DNA of 64,000 nt, taken from assembly GCA_028534125.1 (NCBI GenBank), contig CM052816.1, positions 27,468,001 to 27,532,000 of the forward strand, read 5' to 3'. Under the pieces are notes generated by a model that had not been told where the DNA came from, searched no databases, and worked only from the letters and a program-made list of their open reading frames with translations. This document shows positions 27,000 to 40,561 of this stretch, piece by piece (within the stretch, counting starts at the first letter, position 1; each line of letters opens with the position of its first letter). Origin of the DNA: Lama glama (taxonomy: Eukaryota). A program made the translations under genes and the position numbers.

Positions 27000-28165
27000 A
27001 GAGCAGTCATATTCAACTACTTCAATTATAAAACAAATCCTAAACCTCCTTGACTAAATGTTTCATGATTATTACACTACTCTCAAAATAAAATCCAAAC
27101 TCTTGACCATGAAGGTCTCTGGAACTAGGTGCCTCCCTGCATTTCTGCTCTGGCCTCCCTTTACTCTCTCCTGTCTGCACTGTGCTTCATCCATGTTCAC
27201 CTCTTGGTTCCGCAAATAAACCAAACCCATTCTCACTCCGGGGCAGGCTAGGAGAGAGACTGTAAAGGCTTTGCACATGCACTTCCCACTGCCTAGAATC
27301 TTCCCCCAGCTCTTTGCATAGCTTTCTCATTTCACTTCTCAGATCTCTGTTTAAATATCAACTCAAAGTGACCCTTCCTGACTACTCTTTCTCAAGTAAT
27401 TTATCTCTTTCTAAAACACAAACACACATGCACAGACATCATACAGACATACGTGCACATACACATGCACACATGTACCATGTGAACGAAAAATACTGCA
27501 AACCATATCAGTAAACAAAGAATGCTGAAGCCGTCAAGTCATCAGCCACTGCCGCCACCCCTCAGTGAAGACAAGCCTGCAGCCTGGCCTGGTAGCCACT
27601 CACAAAGGTGCACCCTGAGGGGACTCAGAATAAGAAAGGAGAGGATACTGGCCTAGATAGCTAACACAGAAAAGCACTAAATTCTTTAACTTGACCTGTC
27701 TAGTTTTCTTTAGTTAACAAGTAATCTTTTAACGTTCCAGCTACCTGGTCTTTTTTGTAAAATTCCTAAATATCTTATCTCCTCCCCTACCTCTTCGGAG
27801 CAGTCCCTCAGAGCGATCTGAGAGGCTGTTATCCTAGGCTCGAGTCCTCAGGATTGTCCACCGAACTAAACGTAACTCTCATAGCTGTGTATTTATTTCA
27901 GTCAACAACCACTGCCACACCACCAGTATAGTTATGTTACAGAGTTATGACACTGCTGTTTATTTTCTGCACAGCACTCAAACAGCATATGTTTTTGTCT
28001 TGGTTGTTTGCTTACATGTGTAGTATCTGTCTCCTCCACTTGGATGTAACCTGTAAGACATGAGGGGTTTGTCTGCTCCCTACACAGCTGTATCCTCAGC
28101 ACCTAGTCCAGTGCCAGGTACATTGTGGGCACAGACAAAATATGTTGACTGTTGAATGAGCTGAG
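27000..28165 (+). mobile_element. LINE-2 3' fragment, interrupted by an LTR
   Basis: aaaataaaatccaaactcttgaccatg; ctttgcacatgc..cactgcctagaat; ctgtatcctcagcacctag..gtgccaggtacattgt..tgttgaatgag. Confidence 0.8.
27481..27907 (+). mobile_element. ERV1 solo LTR (MER41-like), 427 bp, with a 4-bp TSD
   Basis: TG...CA termini (tgtgaac..gtcaaca), ACCA duplicated at 27477-27480 and 27908-27911, and MER41-like text gagcagtccctcagagcgatctgagaggctg. Confidence 0.8.
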
Positions 28166-28385
28166 TAAGATTAGCTTGATTTTATACTAAATTTTTAAAC
28201 AAAAATCAAGCTCATTATTTAAATAGAGGAATAAAAATAGAAAAGGACTTTGGGGAAGAAAGGGTTAAATGCTAATTTTGTGGTATTGTCTCAAATCTTA
28301 GGGATATCTGAATATCTCACCCTTTTTAATCCTTCTAACAATACTAACTCAAGGGATTAGTATTCTAGATTTAGAAGTGTAACTA

Positions 28386-28733
28386 CAGACAGTCCTTCAT
28401 GTCTGTGGGTTGCACATCTGAGGAATTAATCAACAGCGAATTGAAAATATTAAAAAAAGAAAGTCTGGAAAGTTTCAGAAAGAAAACCTTGAATTTGCCA
28501 CAAACCAGAAACTATTTAAGTATCATTTACCTTTTATTTACAACTATTTATATAGTATTTACTTTGTATTAGGTATTACAAGTAACCTAGAGATTATTTA
28601 AAGTATATGGGAGAATGTGCATAGGTCATATGAAAATATTATGCCATTTTATATAAGGGACGTAAGGATCTATGGATTTTGGTATCCACAGGGATCCTAG
28701 AACCAACCACCCAAGGATACTGAGGGAGGATTG
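28386..28733 (+). mobile_element. Tigger3a-like TcMar DNA transposon
   Basis: cagacagtccttcatgtc..ggtattacaagtaacctagagattatttaaagtatatgggagaatgtgcatagg..ggatactgagggaggattg, with inverted termini. Confidence 0.85.
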
Positions 28734-30629
28734 TCCACATACCAAATCCAAGAGACATGAGAATCCAGCCAAGGACTATGTACCAGACCAAGCCCTGTAC
28801 CTCAAGGTAAAGACTGTTCATCAGTTAATGAGCCACCACTATCTCTGGCAGGGAGCTGCCCCCGAGAACTGAGCTAGACAAGCCCAACAGAGGTGGCCTT
28901 ATGACTAGGTAAACACGTGCACCGATTGCTGTATGACTGGGTAGGAAACTGAAGTAGAAACAGAGCTGGGCTTTCCTGAACTGGGTTTATTCATACTTTG
29001 TCTTTAACACATGCGTTCTGAGTGCAGATGACTTTCAAAGTTTAATTCTCCTTGAAAGTCATATCTCTTCTGAAAAGAGCCCCAAATACTGGGTATTCAG
29101 AGGAAGAACAGTTTTGAGGCCACAGGCCTTTAAATGTCAACGTATAATTTGGAAGATACTTCATCAGAATTCCTTGAAGATTAGAACAAGGGTTGCTAGA
29201 CTCTGGCTCACTGGTTAAACCTGGCCAGCTGTCCACCACCTTTGGTAAATAGGTTTTATTGGAACAGAGCCAGGCTTATGTATGTATTTATCTTAGACAG
29301 TTTCTGCCTTACAACTGAAGAGCATATGGCCTACAAAGCTTAAGTTATTTAATATTTGATCATTTATAGGAAAAGCTTCCTAACCCCTTAATCAGAGCAT
29401 ACAATTGAGACTCTATTTTATTTTAACAGTGAAACATCCAACTATTAATCAATGTGAATTTATAAAATAGCACTTAGTGCAACCAACAGCCCACCAGGTT
29501 CTGCTTGCATAGAACACCATCAGGCTCCTCTTAGAGTCTTCTCTGAAATAAACAGATTTGCCCGCACTGCACTTGGGATATTCTATTTGCAGTTTGTCTT
29601 CACTTCTAACCTATTAACAACTTGTCTCTTTTACATGTCCTCTTCTTGTTCCCCCAACATGGCATATGCCTATTGCTGTACTTGCATGCTGTAATATCTA
29701 AAAAAAATACTTCTCTATGTTCTTAAGACTTCACAAGGAATCGCCACTGCTGTCTCAAAAAGGGTGTTCTGGAATTGTTCACATTCTTCACCACTTACAA
29801 CTTATTTCTAGAAGTGCGTATACTCCTGAAAATGTTTCATTCACCAGAGAGTTTTGGGAAATCATTTAAAATAATAAAATAAGAATATAGTAATATTCAT
29901 TTAAAATATATAAACCCAGAGAAGAAACAGCTATATTAAAGTCCAGTTTGCGAACAAATTTCTCTTAGAAATAATATGTAAGATTCAATTTCTAAAATAA
30001 GCTGGAAAATACAGCTGACAGAAATGCTAGTTTACATTCTCAGGCTCAAAAGAAATGGATATTTTATGACAGTGATAGCAAACTTGAAAAGCCTGAGGAA
30101 ATGCTTTTCCTTAGTAAACATTTGAGCACTGATAATTTTCTGTCAGTTCATAGGAATGCATAAAAACATTTAGTTTGATGCTTATTTTACCAGACATAGT
30201 GTTTTTTTTTCTCTGTTATTGTAAGAAGTACATTGTTAAATAGGCAGAGTAGAGATTACAAAGAAAACTTTTCCTTCCCTCCTTCTTTGTCTAGAACATT
30301 ATCTGAAAAACAATAGACACTCAATAAATTACTGAATGAATAAATGAATGAATAAGCCAAACTCTGTATAAATGGGTTTGAAAAATGCATCCTTTTTACT
30401 GGGATTATCATTCTTGAATAAATTTATAACTGTATATTTTTGGCTTTTGCTTATTACAGAATCACTTAAAATCAGATTAGTGATTTTAAGGAAAAGATGT
30501 AGACAACATACAGGAAAGAATAGCCAACCTGGTTCAAACTCTTGTGCGTGGTTCCACTGGAAAGCAGTCATGGAAGGACTCCACTTGCATATCTCTTTTT
30601 AATACTTGCTTCATTACATACAAGCCAAG

Positions 30630-32722
30630 ATGAGCTGGCTTATTAAAAATTAATGATGCCAAAAGGATAAGTAAATAGACTAATGTGACAGAATAGAATC
30701 CAGAAATATATGGACAATTCACATATGTGGTGAATTCATTTTTGACAAAGATGTCAAGATAATTCAATGGAGAGAGGAAAATCTTTTAAACAAACAATGG
30801 TGGAACAACTGGATTCATGTAATAGAAAAATTAATATCAACCTCTACTTTCACCAAACACAAAAATTAACTTAAGGTAGGTCATAGAACTAAATATAAAA
30901 ATTAAAACTATAACATTTCTAGAAGAAAGTATAGGAAAATACTTTATGACCTCAATATTTATAAAGATGTCTTAGATAAAACACAAAAGCCCTGAATATA
31001 AAAGAAAAAGAATTTAAAACTTTACTTCATAAAAATCAGAAACTTCTGCTCTTTAAAAAAGACCATTAAGGAAATTAAAAGGCAAGCCACAGATTGGGAA
31101 GAAATGTTTGCAATACATATTTGATACATATATGGCAAGTAACCCAGTATGGGTTGCCTAACATGGACAGAAGCTTTGAATAGATTATTCACAATAGAAA
31201 ATGCATAAAATATCCATAAGCTCATGAGCTAACAGTAAATATCATTAGTTGTTATTTATCAGGAAAATGCAAATTAAAACCACAGAGATACAACTATACA
31301 TACACTAGAATGGCTAAAATTAAAAAGAATACCAATACCAAGTGTTAGGATATGAAAAAACTGCAACTTCCATATGTGCCTGGTGGGAGTGTGAAATATT
31401 ACAACCACTCTGGAGAACCATTTGGCCGTTTCTTATAAACTTAAATCTATACCTACCTGATGACATGGACATTCTATCTACAAACAATTATCCACGAGAA
31501 ATGAAAATATATCTCCACAAAGAATATATATATAAATGTTCACCAAAGCTTTTACTCTTAACAGGGAAAAACTGGAAACTACATAAATACACATCAACAG
31601 GTAAATGGATAAACAAATTATGGCACATTCATACAATAAAACATTACTCCACAATAAAAATGAAAAAATTATTGATACACACAACGACATGGATCCCTTT
31701 AAAAAATATTATACCAAATAAAAGAAGTCAGATTCAAAGAAGAATATACTGACTTATTTCATTTATATGAAATTCTAGAACAGACAAAGCTAATCTGTAG
31801 GTGGCAGAAAGTAGATCAGTGATTACGAGGTGGGTAGGTGAGTGGAGAATGAACTACAAAGGCTAATAGACATGTTCTTCTATTGTATCATTGGTGGCAA
31901 AATGGATGTAATCGTTTGTCAAAACTCATCTAGGTATGTACCTAAAATGGGTGCATTTTACTGTATGTGAAGAATATATCAATAAAGATGATATAAAAAG
32001 GAGGAAACATTTTAAGTGGGCAAAAAAATATGAATAAATACTTAACAAAAAAGAGATACACATCTCCAACAAGTTTTTGTAAAAATGCTTAACTACATTA
32101 ATCATCAAGAAAATGTAAATTATAACCACAGTTACATATCATTTCATGCCCCTTATAAAGTTAAACACACATCTATCCTATCATCCATCAATTTTAGTTC
32201 TAGGTTTAAATCCAAGATAAATGAAAACAGATGTCCACCAAAAGACTTGTGCAATAATGTTTATAGCAGCTTTAGTTATAGGAGACCCAAACTAGAAACA
32301 AACCGAGTATCAATCGATAGGAAAACAGATAAACAGATGTGGAATAATTCTATAATGCAGTACTACTCACCTACAAAAGGAACTCAACTACTTTTATACA
32401 CAGCAACAGGAAGAATCTCACAAATATTCTGCTAAGCCAAAGAAGTCAGATACAAGAATATGATTGTACTTATATACAATTCATGAATGGCCAAATTATT
32501 CTCTAGTAGTAGAAATCAGAACAGTGGTTGCTATGGAGGGAAGATTGACTGGAAAGAATGTGAGGAAACTTTCTGGGTAACAGAAATGTCCTATGTCTTG
32601 ATTAAGGGGATGTTTTACATGGTTGTATACATATACCAGGTCACTGATTTTTAGGAACTTGAATTTAAGAACTTAAGATCAGTTACATTTCACTCCATGT
32701 AAATTTTATCTCAATTAAAAAA
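30630..32722 (+). mobile_element. Old L1 (L1MC/L1ME-like) ORF2 3' region and 3'UTR; two successive 3' ends
   Basis: Degenerate ORF2 C-terminal text (ORF 31342-31752: WWECEILQPLWRT, KWINKLWHIHT). The 3' ends lie near 31985 (aataaag) and 32720 (tcaattaaaaaaa). Confidence 0.85.
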
Positions 32723-33142
32723 ACCTAACGAGTCAGTTGAGTAACTATAGCATTTATCATCAGTTTTCTTTCACGAATAATCCAGTTCATAAACATATAA
32801 TCCTGAATTAATGTTAAGAACATATTTATCAACTTTTCTTTGCAGAAAAATTTTTATTCTCTTTTAGTCATTAAAACATTTAATCTATAGTTCACACTAT
32901 TGCCAATATCATCCAGTGAAATAAAATATTTGCTAATTTGTTTAGTATTACCTTTTTTTTTTTAACTTGAGGACTGATTACTTTTCTTTGAATTCCTTGT
33001 CTATAGCAAGGACATATTTACTACACTCTAGTGAGAAGGAAGTGGAGGAGATCAAGATTATCATTGCCAGTTGAAAGGTCAGAATTGAAACTTGATTAGC
33101 TACCAGACCACAGAGAAAGAATACACCTTCTGGGAGCCTCAC

Positions 33143-33310
33143 CTTGTAACATTTGTTCTTTATTTCTATTTTGGCTTCTGTCATGGCCTGTTGAACCCCT
33201 CAGTGGGAAAGCTGGTGGAAACAGGAGTAGAATAGCTGGGAGCTCCACGATTCATATCTCCTCTTGTGGGAGTTGATGTAGTTGTGAGGCTGGCCACCAG
33301 GAACAGGAAC
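33143..33310 (-). other. ZNF474: Probable ZNF474 exon 1; 5' end approximate
   Basis: Strong donor CAAG|GTGAGG (intron begins 33142) in non-repetitive sequence, just downstream of an RFX/forkhead motif cluster. It implies an intron of 10772-33142 (22,371 nt), similar to the ~22 kb human intron as I recall it. Confidence 0.6.
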
Positions 33311-33329
33311 CCCAGCCTTTGTCGCCTGG

Positions 33330-33385
33330 ATGTATCCTGGCAACCTGTCAACAAAAGGGACAGGACTGAGTTCTATAGTAACAGA
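33330..33385 (-). promoter_or_regulatory. Candidate ZNF474 promoter module: X-box, forkhead site, X-box
   Basis: Minus-strand GTTGCCAGGATAC at 33332-33344, plus-strand forkhead core GTCAACA at 33347-33353, and minus-strand GTTACTATAGAAC at 33370-33382. Confidence 0.55.
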
Positions 33386-36209
33386 CTGGAAAAATTCAAA
33401 ACAAGGGGTGAAGAAATTCAGAAACAGAGAGCAAAATAAGTATGGGCCTCAGCTTTCTTTGAAGTTGACTCTGGGAATTTTACCAATGGACTAAGCATCA
33501 CACAAAGGGAGGCAGATAAATTTAAGTCACAAGGCTCTTCTTGGCCAGGGGATGGGTGGGGTGAAAACACAACTTGTTTCCCTAAGGAAGAAAAAAAAAT
33601 TGCTGATTGTCCTATTGATCTTTTCTAGGGTCTTTAAAAAGTATCAACTATATAGGAGAGCTTGGCCTCTTCTAAAAGAGGGAGATGGATATTCTCATTG
33701 TCACGGCACTCAAAGAGTGGATTACGCTTTGGTCTAAAATGTGATGAAATCCAAGATGTAGAAGCTAATTAGTTTATTTTCTAAAGTGTCCGAAGATATA
33801 GGAAACCTTTTTTAAAACCAAGGCCAACATTTAAAAATGTATCTGAAATAAAGATTTTTAAAACCCTATATTTAAAAATACTTTGAGATATTAAGCTAAT
33901 CGTCATACAATCCTGTAAAAATTGTTTTAATTTTGTAGTATTAAACCTCATGAGGTAAAGCAGTATATTAAGACAGGAAAAAAGTCCATAATATATTTCT
34001 AAACAAAAAAAAGAAGCTACAAAGCAGAATTAACAGGATGATCTCATTAAACTCTGTGTGTGCACACACGTGTGCCTGTGCCCAGGCCAACATGCATCTG
34101 CTTAGAGAACATATACCAATATGATAACAGCAGTTATCACTGGATGATGAAATTAAGAAACATTTTATTAAATGTCCCTTAGGGTTAGGAATTAGGGGGA
34201 ACAAACTCTAACCTCCCAGATTCCAAAATCCTGTCCTTCATGCCCAGATAATTGAACTGGGAAATATAGGTAATTCACAGGACTGTTATTTCTGCTGAAA
34301 TGACTTCAGACTATACAGTTTAAAGACCCCACTGGATAATGAAGTTCCAAATTCTAACATTCCATAATGTTCTAAGGTGAGCAGTTACATCCTCTACAGA
34401 GATTTAAGGATATCTCAGTTATACCATCACATAAAATAGTTCTAATTTGGATGATTTTCTCCTGAAACTTTTCATCAGATGCCATATATAGATGATAAAG
34501 CATGCATAAAGTGACTTAAGAGCTGCTTTAAGAGTGGTTAATATCGAGATGGGGCAAGAAAACTTAGTTTTACATTTGGTTTCTTACTAACTTGTGAGTT
34601 CCTAGTTAATATATTTCTTACTTTATACAAACTACATGCATTCTCAGCCCCATTGTGAGCTAAACAAGATAACTCTCTAAAGAAATTGCCCAATAAATAA
34701 ACACCGTCCCAAACGCACACACAGTATTCAGTCCAGTGGCCAGCTACTTGGGCCAGATGGCAGAAGAACAGACAGGAAGTGCTGGCCTAGGACAGGACAA
34801 CCCCGGGAGAACACCAGGAGAGCAGATATTTCCATGCTAAAATAGAGCAAGGAGTTCTTTATCTGGACCGGAGCGACCAGTCTGGACTGGGCTCTCACGA
34901 GGCCCGAGAGTAACAATTTCTCCAGCAGCAGGCGCGTGTGTTAGCTGGGGAGCTAATGGTGCATTCACAGCCCTCCCTTCCCTGGTGGGGTTGCTGAGTT
35001 GCCAGCTGGGTTTTCACATTCATCAGAGATGCTTTGGAAACTGGCCGGAGAGGAGGATTTGTTTTCCCCCAAATTCTGGACCAATTTGAAATTCTTGGGT
35101 TTGTAGTTTCAGCTTTAATTGAACTTCCTGGTATTCATATTTATTTCATCTTTGCAAAACAGGCCTTCCTAGGTATCTCTCTCTCTCTAACTTTTAGAGA
35201 ACAAAAACTTTTAAGCAGCTTACATTTAAAAAAATCAAGCTCAAAAGTCATCTTGGACATTGTAGAGCTTTACAACACAAACTTTTGATGATTTAAGTGT
35301 AAATGAAGCAGAAACATATGGATTCCATTTCCCATAAATCACATACAATCCTTAAAAAATCAAGGGAGAATGTGCTCGGCATGACGTATTCCATTTGGTT
35401 GAACCCAAAACATCTGAAGAAATACTTGGAGGCTGATGAAGCCAAAATATTTACCCATCCCTATTTATAACATTGTTGGGGGAAAAAAGCCCTTGATTCA
35501 TGGCGACAGTTAAACCACTGACATGTGCTAGGTGGGCAACCAGCACAAGTTTACAGATCACTGTATTCCTTCTTCTGTTCCCACTTAGGATATTCAACGC
35601 AACCTCAGAACAAAGTCACTGAAGCCCTTACCTAAATGGAGCTGGTCAGGTCTGGAATTGCTTAAGTTCTTCTCACCTAAAACAACTGCGAGTTATTTCA
35701 AGCTATTTGATACCCAATCACGTTTGTGTCACTGTGGGATGATACCAGCCTCTACCAATAAGCCAGATCTGACCCCTTGTGGCAATAGCCCCGCCACAAG
35801 GAATTCTGGCTTATTTTTCCCTTATAAAACCACAGCTGTTGTGCCTGCACCAGCTCCTACCTTTTTTCATTAAAGGAATAAATCATGGTGATTTTATGGA
35901 GCAGGAGAAATGCTGCTCCTTGCTGGTATTTCTTCTGATGGTCCTGATGTCTCTTAATGGATGCAAAGTCCAGATCTTACGCTGAAAGATACTGATAGTC
36001 TTTCTGAGTTTATTTAAACTGGGCAGGGGCTACATTCTGTGTGGAAGAATTTTTTGTTTGTTTGTTTTTAACAGCAGCAGCAGGAACTCAAACAGGATGT
36101 TTGTGGAGTTCGGTAAAATAGGTTCACTGGGCATCTGGGCATCTCGTCCTTTTCTATGCAGTTATTGTTTACTTCCCCTTGCCTTACCCCTAACTCAGAA
36201 ACAGCCACT

Positions 36210-36390
36210 AGACATCAGCTATCTCAAATCCTTTAATAACCCTACAACGGGAAGCATTAGCAGCCTTGTTTTACAGGTGTGGAAGCTGAAACTCCGGGGC
36301 TTTACTCGACTTGATCCTAATTGCAAGGCTAAGCCAAAGCAAATCTGGGACTGAAATGTAGGTATGTCTTTCTCTTGTCCAGTGACTCTC
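36210..36390 (-). mobile_element. MIR SINE
   Basis: ccttgttttacaggtgtggaagctgaaactccggggc..gacttgatcctaa. Confidence 0.55.
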
Positions 36391-36730
36391 CTTCCCTTGC
36401 TTGCTGCAAGACCTCTCTGCTAGATTACCACACAGAACAGTCTGACCTCAAGGACAGAGTTGTTTTTCGAGATACGCCTTTTGTCACAACACAGTTGTTA
36501 AATAAAGTGAGTATTATATATTGCATTGCATTAGAAAATGTCTAAATTTAAAACACTGCAAAATGTATCCTATGGTGATTAGAATGAAAGGGGGTAGCAT
36601 ACACTTCAAATAGAGACCTCTAAAACTTAAAAAGAAAAAAAAAAGAAAAAAAAGTATTGTATTTAATGTGTTAAAGTCCTACCCAATAGAACTCATATCC
36701 CCACCTCCCCCAGGACTCTCCGTCCTGGGG

Positions 36731-36950
36731 CAGTTTCTCAACTTTTGTTTTTTATTATTGCTCCCACTCCAAGTCTTTTTAGGTATTTTTTCTAATTTCC
36801 CCCCACATCTCATCATGAAATTTTAACACCACAGATATGCGTTATATCTGTTTACGTATTGTGGCCCTTTGGTGGCCTACAAACCAATGTATTATCTAAG
36901 ATTACATCATTCCAAACCAATTTTTACTGCCCCCAGGGAGGAGGGCATGC
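36731..36950 (+). mobile_element. MER96B-like hAT DNA transposon
   Basis: attttaacaccacagatatgcgttatatctgtttacgtattgtggccctttggtggcctacaaaccaatgtattatctaagatt. Confidence 0.65.
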
Positions 36951-39149
36951 CCGAGGGACTTAAGTCCAAAGAGCTGACAATGTTGGCCTCAGATAATCTC
37001 ATGGTCAAGCCAATGCACAGAAAAAGTGACCAAGAGGCCATAGAAACCATGGAAACTCTTCTAAATTGCCAAAATAAAAAATTACAGTAAGCTATCCCTT
37101 AGCTGTATTCAAGAGAAAAATGGACTTATTTGAAAAGGGGCAATAAATGCATTATATTTTCTATGCATTTGAGTGGTTTTATCATAGAAATAGAACTCTT
37201 GGAGCTCACGTGAAATGTAAAATAGCATCTAGCCCAGCCAACTGTCTTCAGGCAAGAATGTGTGATTGGTCTGTTTTAAACTGATGAGGCATCTAAGCTG
37301 AGGACATTAAATTATTTGTTTATGCGCCACAGACTTAGACTCTAATGAAAAAAATTGTCAGAGGACTCCCTTGCTTTATCTTTGGCACAGTGAAAATATT
37401 GCTAGGGCAAGAGAAGGATTTCTTTCGATCTCACTTCCTACAGGCAAAGGATGTTTCTTCAGTATATCTGGTGCTCCACTGATAATAAAATACTTTGGAT
37501 ATACTGTGCTATAAAACCTCCTGTTTCAAGGCCCTGAGATTCTAGATTTTAAATATTTGCTGTGAGTCTGGGCAACTCATCATAGTTCTGGCTTTCCAAG
37601 CTGTCCTGACACAGCTCTCCACCCTGCTCTTCCACCTTTTTTCCAACACCCAGTAAACCAGAACCACACACAGCACTTGAAAATAGTAGATGCTTAGTAA
37701 ATGTTTGCCCTCTAAGTTGAGCACATATCTTTTTTGTTGTAAGAGATAATAGTGACCAGCTTGGTTGAAGATGAGTAAAAGTTACAAGATGTTAAATCCA
37801 GATTAATACTCAAAAGTTTTCTATTTAATATAATGTAAACATTTTGAAATAACTTTTGCCTTTCTTTTCAGAGAATTGGCAGAAGTCCAAATCCTTAGGG
37901 CATGTAAACAATAAATGTTTAATAAATACTTAATCACTAGTTTATTACCCATAGATTCCTAAAGCTGGTTTAAATTAGAGTATTCATGGCTGATAACAGT
38001 CTAATATTTCACCTTTTCAAGTGTGTTTTACAAGGGGCATTTCAACTTTCTTAATTGAAAACAGTAAATTATACAGGAATTCCCTCTTATTCTAATTCTT
38101 TCCACAAGTTTCAGGGGGAAGGATGTTTCTTCTCTGGTATGTTGCTTCCTTGGTTCGTCCCTCCTCTCTAGCACTTCTGATTTCTTCTATTCTACTGGCT
38201 TCAATCTTCAGACAATCTCAGATGTCCTCTGTCTCAAAAAAAAAATCTGTATTTGCTGTGTGCACCCCCCCACCTTCTTGAGAAAGAGGAGTCTAAGCCA
38301 CTGACCCCATTCTCCCCATATCTTCCTTCATTTTAATCACTCTCTCCAGCCTATCATTTGGTTACTATCCTCTTCTCTCACTGAAGCATCCTCTTAGAAT
38401 ATCACAAGTGCCATCCTGATCAACTCAGCCAAGAGTATTTCTCAGTTCCCATCACCCACAATGACTGTGATGCACTTAACGGTGTCACCATCCCACCTGT
38501 AAGAAATTCTCTCCTCTCTTAACCACTCCATTGATTTTTTTTTTAAGTACAGATTCCTCAGACTGACTTCAAGACCTGATGAATCTAAGTATAATCCATC
38601 CAAACAGAGTCCAAAAAACTAAACCACGGCCTGCAGCTCCTGATGTGGATGCTGCTGGTCACTAGGCTGAGTGAGTGGGCAGAGATGGCAGCCGGTTGAT
38701 AGAGAGCACTGAGTCACAGAAGGAAAGAAGAGACAGGTTACTTTAGTTGTTTGTCAAACCTTGAGGCAGGCAGCTTGCTCCTAAATTCTCCCGTGGCTGC
38801 AAGAGGATGGAGTCTTCTGTCTCTCCTCCCTCCCTGATCTCTTGCCGATCTTTGCTGAGATAGAAACTTGGTTACAGTAATAACATGTGAAAGCTTTACC
38901 AAAGAGTTGGTTAAGATCATCAAGATCAAGTTTGTTTGGCTTGTAGAAGCTCTCTCTGAATTCTCTGAAGCCTTAAGTTAACTCCTGTGGCAACCATGTC
39001 CCCACTGCCCCAGCAAGCTGCCCAATAAAGCTGGATTGAAGACTCATGGTAAGGAACACCAGAAAAAGACAATATTGTCCAGAAACCCAGCCTAGTCTGA
39101 CTCTGTATGAACCAAAATGAAACTTGATAGGAAGCTCATCCTCTGAATC

Positions 39150-39378
39150 AGTAGTTTTCAACTGGTGGCAATATCCCCCTCCACCTGCAGTGACATTACA
39201 TTTGGCAATGTCTAGAGTTAATTTTGGTTGTCACATATGGATTTGGGGAGTGCTACTGGCATCTGGTGGGTACAGGCCAGGGATCCTGCTAAACATCCTA
39301 CAACACACAACACAGCCCCTCACAGCAAAGAATTATTTGGTTCAAAATGTCAGTAGTGCCAGCGTTGAGGCTTGTGCT
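39150..39378 (+). mobile_element. MER20 hAT-Charlie DNA transposon
   Basis: cagtagttttcaac..catttggcaatgtctagag..tgctactggcatctggtgggtacaggccagggatcctgctaaacatcctaca..aaaatgtcagtagtgcc. Confidence 0.9.
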
Positions 39379-40269
39379 CTGGACTCTCCATGTGTTCAAA
39401 TGAGAATGCTTTCTTTCCAGAATAGCCTGTGTTAACAGGTTTTTCCAGACTCATGGTGCATAACTAAGAGATTACATTACAAATGAAGCAGCAGGCACAG
39501 AGATTTTAAGCAGCTTAGTCATATTTCTACAGCCAAGTGAGGACACCTTTGAAATGTGAACGCAGGCCCTGCCTGACGGACTTCGAAGCCTAGACTCTTT
39601 TCCACTTCATCTGCCCCAAGCTAGAAGGCAGACATTCAGTCCTACATGACTAAGGGTGAAATCACTTCTGCGATGCAAAAGCCAACTAGAGAAAGTGCAG
39701 AGACAGAGAACTGAGCCGAATCTTCCCCAGTGAAAGCTATAATGGAATTAGAGTGGGCGAGAACAAAGTTAGGAGATGTCTGAGCTGTGGGCAAGTGAGA
39801 ACTCTAACATATGGGGCCAGAGCCCACTTACAGGAAGCTACTGTAGGCAGTCACACCAGTTTGTTCCTAGATAAAGCAAAGACGGGCAGAGGCTCTGCTG
39901 AAGTGATGATCCCAGGTAGGCGAATGTGGTCTTAATTCATTCTGCCCTTGAATGTGCCATTTCTTATGTCCTTTGGGCCTTTAGCCATCTTGCTCTGTTG
40001 TTCTCCACAGGCTGCACCCAATAAGAAGAAGTAACTTCTCCCTTCCCCATTACTTCCCAAATGTTCCTTCTCAGAGCAGATGCTCAATATATAACCATTG
40101 AATTTTGAACGTTATGGTTAATAAGATACTACTTTTGATTCATATTATTAGTAACAGTATATTCTTTCTCCAACATCAGATTCAGATGAAAATTTTTATT
40201 TTCTTAATTGTGGAGTCCCTGATTTAACAAATATTAGCTATTTCTGTAGGCTAAACTCTACCCCACTTT

Positions 40270-40402
40270 AGTTATTTTTTGTTTTGGGGGGATGGGGAGA
40301 TAATTAGGTTTTTTTTTTTTTTAATGGAGGTACTGGGGATTGAAACCAGCACTTCATGCTTGCTAAGCATGCACACTTTACAACTGAGCTATACCCTCCT
40401 CC
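40270..40402 (-). mobile_element. tRNA-derived SINE of the camelid Vic-1 type
   Basis: ggggagataattagg-polyT-aatggaggtactggggattgaaaccag..gctaagcatgc..actgagctataccctcc. The minus strand gives a Pol III A box (gtatagctcagttg) and a B-box-like ggtttcaatccc. Confidence 0.85.
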
Positions 40403-40542
40403 AACCATTTCATTTTACAAAAGAGGCTTCTAAGGTCCAGAGAGAGAGAAAATAATCCATTGAGTTTAATGTAGAGCTAAAAATATATATATGTGTTCTT
40501 TCTCACTCTGTCTTTTGATATTATTATTCATTTTCTTGAATG

Positions 40543-40561
40543 GTGTGTGTGTGTGTGTGTG
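40543..40561. repeat. (TG)n microsatellite
   Basis: A TG run, visible directly. Confidence 0.85.

Noticed and set aside
40325..40402. tRNA-like sequence with A and B boxes
   Set aside because: Head of a tRNA-derived SINE with an A-rich tail, not a tRNA gene.
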